64,000 bases of DNA from NCBI GenBank assembly GCA_963716255.1, contig OY970303.1:3136001-3200000 (forward strand). The letters run 5' to 3'. The position numbers and the translations under genes are program-made. The DNA is from an uncultured Gemmatimonadales bacterium. Its GTDB lineage: Bacteria > Gemmatimonadota > Gemmatimonadetes > Longimicrobiales > Longimicrobiaceae. This document shows, piece after piece, positions 58,604-64,000 of this stretch. Within the stretch, counting starts at the first letter, position 1. Each line of letters starts with the position of its first letter. The notes beneath the pieces were generated by a model. The model was not told where the DNA came from, ran no database searches, and worked only from the letters and a program-made list of their open reading frames with translations.

Positions 58604-59719
58604 ATGGCCACCATGCTGGAGACCGAAGAGACCGCGCCCGCCGCCGCCCCCCGCGCCCCCGCCCCTCCGAAGCGGGGCGGCCGCAAGCCCGTGCTGCTGG
58701 GCATCGTGGCGCTGGCCGTGCTCGCCGTGCTGGGGTACGGCACCCGGCAGTACCTGTACGGCCGCGCCCACGTCACCACCGACAACGCGCAGGTGGAGGG
58801 GCACATCACCCCTGTGCTGCCGCGCGTGGGCGGGTACGTGGCGGAGGTGCGCGTGCAGGACAACCAGGCGGTGAAGGGCGGCGACACCCTGGTGGTGCTG
58901 GACGACCGCGACCTGCGCGCCCGGCTGGCGCAGGCGGACGCCGAGCTGGAGGCGCTGCTGGCACAGGTGGGGAGCGCCGGGCGCGCCGGGCAGGCCACCG
59001 CGCAGGTGGATGTGGCCCGCTCCGGCGCCGCCGCCGCCGCCGCCACGGTGGAGCAGGCCCGCGCCAACGCCGGGCGCGCCCGCGCCGACCTGGAGCGCAT
59101 CTCCCGGCTGGCCACGCGCAACATCGTCAGCCAGCAGCAGCTGGACGCCGCCCGCGCCGCCTCGCAGGCCGCCGACGCGGCGCTGCTCGCCGCGCAGGGG
59201 AGCGCCCAGGCCGCCCGCGACCAGATCGTGGGCGCGCAGGCCGGGCTCCACGCCGCGGACGCCCGGGTGGCCGCCGCCCGCGCCGCCCGCGACCAGATCG
59301 CGCTCCAGCTCTCGTACACGCGGCTGCTGGCCCCCGCGGCCGGCGTCGTGGCCAAGCGCAGCGTGGAGCCGGGGCAGCTGGTGCAGCCCGGCCAGCCGCT
59401 GATGACGGTGGTGCCCACCCGCGACGTGTGGGTCACCGCCAACCTCAAGGAAACCGACATCGACCGGGTGGCGGTGGGGCAGACGGTGGAGTTCACGGTG
59501 GACGGCTACCCCGGCCGCTCGTTCCGCGGCCGGGTGGAGAGCCTGAGCCCGGCCACCGGCGCCAGGTTCTCGCTGCTCCCGCCGGACAACGCCACCGGCA
59601 ACTTCACCAAGGTGGTGCAGCGCATCCCGGTGAAGGTGCGCCTGGAAGACGGCGAGGACGCCGCGCACCCGCTGCGCCCGGGGATGAGCGCCGAGGTCGC
59701 GATCGCCACGGGAAGCTGA
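58604..59719 (+). CDS. HlyD/EmrA family membrane fusion protein
   Basis: TDNAQV, PPDNATGNFTKVVQRIPV, LRPGMS. Confidence 0.93.
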   Translation: MATMLETEETAPAAAPRAPAPPKRGGRKPVLLGIVALAVLAVLGYGTRQYLYGRAHVTTDNAQVEGHITPVLPRVGGYVAEVRVQDNQAVKGGDTLVVLDDRDLRARLAQADAELEALLAQVGSAGRAGQATAQVDVARSGAAAAAATVEQARANAGRARADLERISRLATRNIVSQQQLDAARAASQAADAALLAAQGSAQAARDQIVGAQAGLHAADARVAAARAARDQIALQLSYTRLLAPAAGVVAKRSVEPGQLVQPGQPLMTVVPTRDVWVTANLKETDIDRVAVGQTVEFTVDGYPGRSFRGRVESLSPATGARFSLLPPDNATGNFTKVVQRIPVKVRLEDGEDAAHPLRPGMSAEVAIATGS

Positions 59720-59720
59720 C

Positions 59721-61313
59721 ATGTCCACGGCGACCCTGGAGCTCCCCGCGGGGCTGGCCCCCCGCGAGGAGAGCGACACCTATCGCAGGCGCTACGTCAT
59801 CGCCATGACGGTGACGCTGGCCTCCATCCTGGAGCTGCTGGACACCAGCATCGTCAACGTCTCCATCCCGCACATGATGGGGACGCTGGGGGCCACGCTG
59901 GACCAGATCACCTGGGTGTCCATCGGCTACGTGGTGGCCAACGTCATCATCCTCCCCATCACCGGGTGGCTGTCGGCGTTCTTCGGGCGGCGGCGCTACT
60001 TCGCCTTTTCCATCGCCCTGTTCACGGTGGCCTCGTTCTTCTGCGGGCAGGCGAACACGCTGGAGGCGCTGGTCTTCTGGCGCATCGTGCAGGGGGTGGG
60101 CGGCGGCGCGCTGCTCTCCACCTCGCAGGCCATCCTGTACGAGGTGTTCCCCAAGGAGGAGTACGGCACCGCCATGGCCATCTTCGGCATGGGGGTGATG
60201 GTGGGGCCCACGCTGGGCCCCACGCTGGGCGGCTACATCACCGATGCCCTCAACTGGCGCTGGATCTTCTTCATCAACATCCCCTTCGGGATCCTGGCGC
60301 TGCTCCTCACCATGGCGTTCATCCCGGAGTCCAGGTGGGCGCAGAAGGCCGAGAAGGTGGACGCCTTCGGGCTGCTGCTGCTGATCCTGGGGATCGGCTC
60401 GCTGCAGATCATGCTGGAGCGCGGCGAGCGGCTGGAGTGGCTCGCCTCGCGCGAGGTGGTGGCCTACGCCGCCACCAGCGTGGTGTCCTCCGTGCTCTTC
60501 GTGTGGCACGAGCTGCGCACCGCGCACCCCATCGTGGACCTGCGCATCCTCAAGCACCGGCAGTTCACGGCGGGGGTCTCGTTCGGGGCGATGATGGGGA
60601 TGTGCCTGTTCGCGCCCATCTTCATCCTCCCCGTGTACCTGCAGACGCTCCAGGGCTACACCGCGGAGCAGACCGGCTTCGTGATCCTCCCCGGCGCGCT
60701 CGCCAGCGCCTTCACCATGGCCACCATGGCGCGCCTGGGGCGGAAGATGGACGGGCGCATCCTGGTGGTGATCGGGTCCATGGTGTTCGCCTACGCCATG
60801 TGGCTGCACTCGCACTTCACCACGCAGAGCGGCTACGGCGACTTCCTGCTCCCCAGCCTGCTGCGCGGGGTGGGGATGGGCATGCTGTTCGTGCCCCTCT
60901 CCATCCTCGCCATGGCGGACCTGCCGCCCGAGAAGATGGCCAACGGCACCGGGCTCTTCAACCTGACCCGGCAGCTGGGGGGGAGCGTGGGGATCGCGCT
61001 GGCGGCGACGCTGGTGTCGCGCTTCTCGGGGATGCACCGCGCGGAGCTCATCGGCAACGTGACCGTGTTCAGCGAGGCCACGCGCGAGCGCATGGCCATG
61101 CTCACGCAGGGGATGATCGCCCGGGGGATGCCGGCGTCGATCGCCGACTCGCAGGCGCTCCGCATCCTTGACATGACGGTGCGCAGGCAGGCCAGCATGA
61201 TGGCCTTCGAGCAGATCTTCCTGTACTTCGGGTGTGGGCTGGCGCTGGGGCTGCCGCTGCTGTTCTTCATGCGCAAGGGCAGGGTGGAGGGGGCGGTGGA
61301 CGTGGGCCACTGA
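59721..61313 (+). CDS. DHA2 (EmrB-like) MFS efflux permease
   Basis: LDTSIVNVSIP, GPTLGGYI, WRWIFFINIP. Confidence 0.93.
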   Translation: MSTATLELPAGLAPREESDTYRRRYVIAMTVTLASILELLDTSIVNVSIPHMMGTLGATLDQITWVSIGYVVANVIILPITGWLSAFFGRRRYFAFSIALFTVASFFCGQANTLEALVFWRIVQGVGGGALLSTSQAILYEVFPKEEYGTAMAIFGMGVMVGPTLGPTLGGYITDALNWRWIFFINIPFGILALLLTMAFIPESRWAQKAEKVDAFGLLLLILGIGSLQIMLERGERLEWLASREVVAYAATSVVSSVLFVWHELRTAHPIVDLRILKHRQFTAGVSFGAMMGMCLFAPIFILPVYLQTLQGYTAEQTGFVILPGALASAFTMATMARLGRKMDGRILVVIGSMVFAYAMWLHSHFTTQSGYGDFLLPSLLRGVGMGMLFVPLSILAMADLPPEKMANGTGLFNLTRQLGGSVGIALAATLVSRFSGMHRAELIGNVTVFSEATRERMAMLTQGMIARGMPASIADSQALRILDMTVRRQASMMAFEQIFLYFGCGLALGLPLLFFMRKGRVEGAVDVGH

Positions 61314-61342
61314 GTTTTACGACGGCTTTTGACGGCGGGCTT

Positions 61343-61471
61343 GGGCGTGCCCCCGGCTGTCGCCGGGGTCGGGCTTCGGCTCCGTAACGCAGCAAACAAC
61401 GCTGCGTAACGGAGTCGAGCCCCGGCAAACAGCCGCCGGGTCTCGCCCCTTCGGGCCGAAATCCCTCACGC
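61343..61471 (+). repeat. Family A structured repeat, copy 9
   Basis: Same scaffold. Confidence 0.9.
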
Positions 61472-61903
61472 GGGGGTGGCGCTGGCGTCCGCTGGGGCCC
61501 CCCTCACCCCCCGGCCCCCTCTCCCACGAAGGGAGAGGGGGAGAACGGCGGCCCCGCGGACGGTAGGAGGGTCGCAGGAAGGGTGCGGGGGTGGTCGGAG
61601 GAAAGAGTTGGGGGTGTGGCCGGGTGGGGTGGTATTAACTCTTTCCGGAGAGCAGCCCCGCGCCCGACCCCACGCGCAGAAAACGAGGAACGCTCTCCCA
61701 GACCGTCTGTGAGGGCACTCGGGCTCGAATACACCGGGGTCGGCAGTCCATCCGAGACGGCCGGCCCCGCGCCTTTTCCGGGTGCTTTTTCCGTGGTTCC
61801 GGCGCGGACCGGGATGCTGCGTGGGGTGTAAAACGTTGCAGATGAAACACCTGTCCGCGCAACACGGCCGCGGGGGTTTCCCCGCGGCCCCGAGGGAGCC
61901 ATC

Positions 61904-62107
61904 ATGAGCCTTTCCGCCGCCGACGTCACCCTGATCCGTGCCGCGGCCAGCCTGGCCGAGCACGCCCCCGACAAGATGCGGGCCGCGCACCTGGCCCAGC
62001 GCCTGGAGAGCCTGGCGCTCCGCATCGCCGCGGGGCTCCCCCGTCCCGCGCCGGCCGTGGAGCCGGCGGCCGACCCCGCCGCGCCCGGGCTGCTCCGCGC
62101 GGCCTGA
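61904..62107 (+). CDS. Small hypothetical protein
   Basis: GAGGGAG RBS, typical codon usage. Confidence 0.5.
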   Translation: MSLSAADVTLIRAAASLAEHAPDKMRAAHLAQRLESLALRIAAGLPRPAPAVEPAADPAAPGLLRAA

Positions 62108-62170
62108 CGATCCCGGGGGAGACCGTGCGCGGTCTCCCCGCTCCTCCCCTCCGCTCCCCCCAGGCCGCCC

Positions 62171-62782
62171 ATGCCCACCGCCCCCGACGGTGTCCCGGAC
62201 TCCGCCTCCGCATCGCTGATCGACGCCTTTCTGCCCGCCTACGACGTGGCGGCGAGCTACGCGGCCGGCGTCGCCGCGCCGCCGGAGCGGGTGTGGGCCG
62301 CCGTGCGCGCCCTGGAGATGCGGGGCTCCCCGCTGGTTCGCGGCCTGTTCCTGCTGCGCTCGCTCCCCGCGATGCTCGCCCATCCCCGCCGCGCGCTGGC
62401 CCGCCGCGGGGAAGGGCGCGCGCTGGGGCTCACGCTGGACGACCTGCTGCGCGGCGGCTTCACGCTGCTGGGCGAGCGCCCGGGGGAGGAGCTGCTGCTG
62501 GGGCTGGTGGGGCGGTTCTGGCGCGCGGACGGGGGAATCGTCCGCGTGGCGGCGGGGGAGTGGCGCGAGTGGGAGCGGCCCGGCTACGCCAAGGCCGCGT
62601 GGAACTTCACCCTGGCGCCGGGCGCGGGCGGGGCCGTCCGCCTGGCCACGGAAACGCGCGTGCGCTGCACCGACGCGGCGAGCCGGCGGCGCTTCCTGCG
62701 CTACTGGCGGCTGGTGGGGCCGTTCAGCGGGCTCATCCGGCGCGACGTGCTGCGCTCCGTCCGCCGGGCCGCAGAAGGGTAG
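62171..62782 (+). CDS. Hypothetical protein (DUF2867-like)
   Basis: LIDAFLPAYD, LATETRV, FLRYWRLVGPFSGLIRR. Confidence 0.7.
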   Translation: MPTAPDGVPDSASASLIDAFLPAYDVAASYAAGVAAPPERVWAAVRALEMRGSPLVRGLFLLRSLPAMLAHPRRALARRGEGRALGLTLDDLLRGGFTLLGERPGEELLLGLVGRFWRADGGIVRVAAGEWREWERPGYAKAAWNFTLAPGAGGAVRLATETRVRCTDAASRRRFLRYWRLVGPFSGLIRRDVLRSVRRAAEG

Positions 62783-62804
62783 GGGTAGGGCGGCCGCGGC
62801 CGGC

Positions 62805-63548
62805 TCAGCGCCCCGGCCGGTTCCGGGCCAGGTGCCAGGAGAGCGCCGTGTACAAGGCCGGGTACGCCAGCGACGTCCAGAGCAGCCACGGCCGGCTGCG
62901 GGGATAGTCGGGGAGCATCGCCAGCATGACGGCCAGCCACACGGCGGCGCCCAGCAGCACCGGTATGCGCCAGGGCCGCGGCGCCAGGTTGGGGTAGACG
63001 AACCGCACCGGGAGCACCGTCAGCAGCGCCAGCGCCAGGAGCAGCAGGGCCACCGGCCAGGGGCCCGCGGCCGTGAACAGCAGCCCCGCGTAGAAGGCCA
63101 CGACGTTCCAGTAGGAGGGAAACCCCAGGAAGAAGCCGCCCCCCTCGTCCTTGGCGGCGGTGTTGGCGAAGCCCATCAGGCTGGCCACCAGCGCCGGCGC
63201 CACCCACACCCACCCCGGCTCCGGCAGCCATCCCATCCTCCACACCAGCAGCAGCGGCAGGAAGGTGAAGGTCAGGTAGTCCACGATGTCGTCGATGGTC
63301 CGCCCGTCGATCCGCGGCGCGTTCGTCTTGGTCTTCCAGAGCCGCGCCAGCGGCCCGTCGGTCGCGTCCACCACCACCGCCAGCGCCAGCCACAAAAAGA
63401 CGCGGCGCGGGTCCGGCTCCGGCGCGCACGTTTCCGCCGCCGCCAGGAAGGCGAAGACCACACCCGACGCCGTGTACACGTGCACGGCGTACGCGCGGAC
63501 CCGCTCGGCGAGTTCCGGCGGGGGCGGGGAGCCGGGGCCCGGGCTCAT
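62805..63548 (-). CDS. CDP-alcohol phosphatidyltransferase, phosphatidylcholine synthase-like
   Basis: VHVYTASG, DATDGPLAR...DGRTIDDIVDY, FLGFPSYWN. Confidence 0.8.
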   Translation of the reverse strand: MSPGPGSPPPPELAERVRAYAVHVYTASGVVFAFLAAAETCAPEPDPRRVFLWLALAVVVDATDGPLARLWKTKTNAPRIDGRTIDDIVDYLTFTFLPLLLVWRMGWLPEPGWVWVAPALVASLMGFANTAAKDEGGGFFLGFPSYWNVVAFYAGLLFTAAGPWPVALLLLALALLTVLPVRFVYPNLAPRPWRIPVLLGAAVWLAVMLAMLPDYPRSRPWLLWTSLAYPALYTALSWHLARNRPGR

Positions 63549-64000
63549 TCGCGGGAGGGCCGGTCGTCGCCCGTGGCCGCGGCCTCCGCCTGCTCCTCGA
63601 TGCGTTCCTGCGCCTCCTCGTCGTCGCCCGGCTCCTTTTCCGTTTCGGGCTGCTTCGCCTGGGCCTCGGGACAGAGCACCAGCTCGATCTGGATGGGGAA
63701 GTGGTCGGACCCCACCTTGTCCAGGCGGCGCAGCTCCACCAGCTCGAACTCGTTGGAGTGGAAGACGTGGTCCAGCGGGAAGCGGAAGACCGGGTTCTTG
63801 GCGTTGAAGCTGTTGAAGAACCCCCGCCCCATCCGCGGGTCCAGGAGGCCGCTGAGGCGCAGGAAGAGCTCGCTGGTGGGCGACCAGGCCACGTCGTTGA
63901 GGTCGCCGGCGACCACCGTGGGAATGGAGCGGTCGCCCTCGCCGATCGCCCGGCCCATGAGCACCAGCTCCGCGTCGCGCGGGGTGGAGTGCTGGTCGCG
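63545..64000 (-). CDS. Endonuclease/exonuclease/phosphatase family protein (5' end outside window)
   Basis: VVAGDLNDVAWS, PLDHVFHS, GSDHFPI. Confidence 0.85.
   Translation of the reverse strand, partial: RDQHSTPRDAELVLMGRAIGEGDRSIPTVVAGDLNDVAWSPTSELFLRLSGLLDPRMGRGFFNSFNAKNPVFRFPLDHVFHSNEFELVELRRLDKVGSDHFPIQIELVLCPEAQAKQPETEKEPGDDEEAQERIEEQAEAAATGDDRPSRE

Noticed and set aside
7298..61471. Family A as a CRISPR array or IS ends
   Set aside because: Copies are dispersed with no spacers, cas genes, transposase or evident target duplications

Overview
Very GC-rich bacterial chromosome segment; gene content and style suggest Gemmatimonadota (inference). The left end is origin-proximal: two perfect parS palindromes flank mnmG, followed by parA-parB, an M23 peptidase, a bactofilin and a cluster of DnaA-box-like 9-mers. 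The rest mixes housekeeping and accessory genes: ECF sigma, a Ro60(TROVE)-RtcB RNA-repair operon, a TerY-PP2C-kinase triad, Fe-type and Mn/Zn ABC transporters, an Xre/RES toxin-antitoxin pair, MATE, aceB-aceA, ABC-F, nhaA and a TetR-TolC-EmrAB pump. The strongest signal lies upstream of Ro60: a cluster of unannotated structured RNAs, including a classical Y-RNA-like stem and a 125-nt tRNA-shaped RNA (Ala-type G3:U70 acceptor, Pro UGG anticodon) with a 53-nt Ro60-binding-like helix inserted into its anticodon stem, i.e. an apparently circularly permuted YrlA-type Y RNA. Second, nine copies of a ~130-nt multi-hairpin intergenic element with extensive compensatory base changes are dispersed through the window. 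All calls were made by eye; no searches were run.
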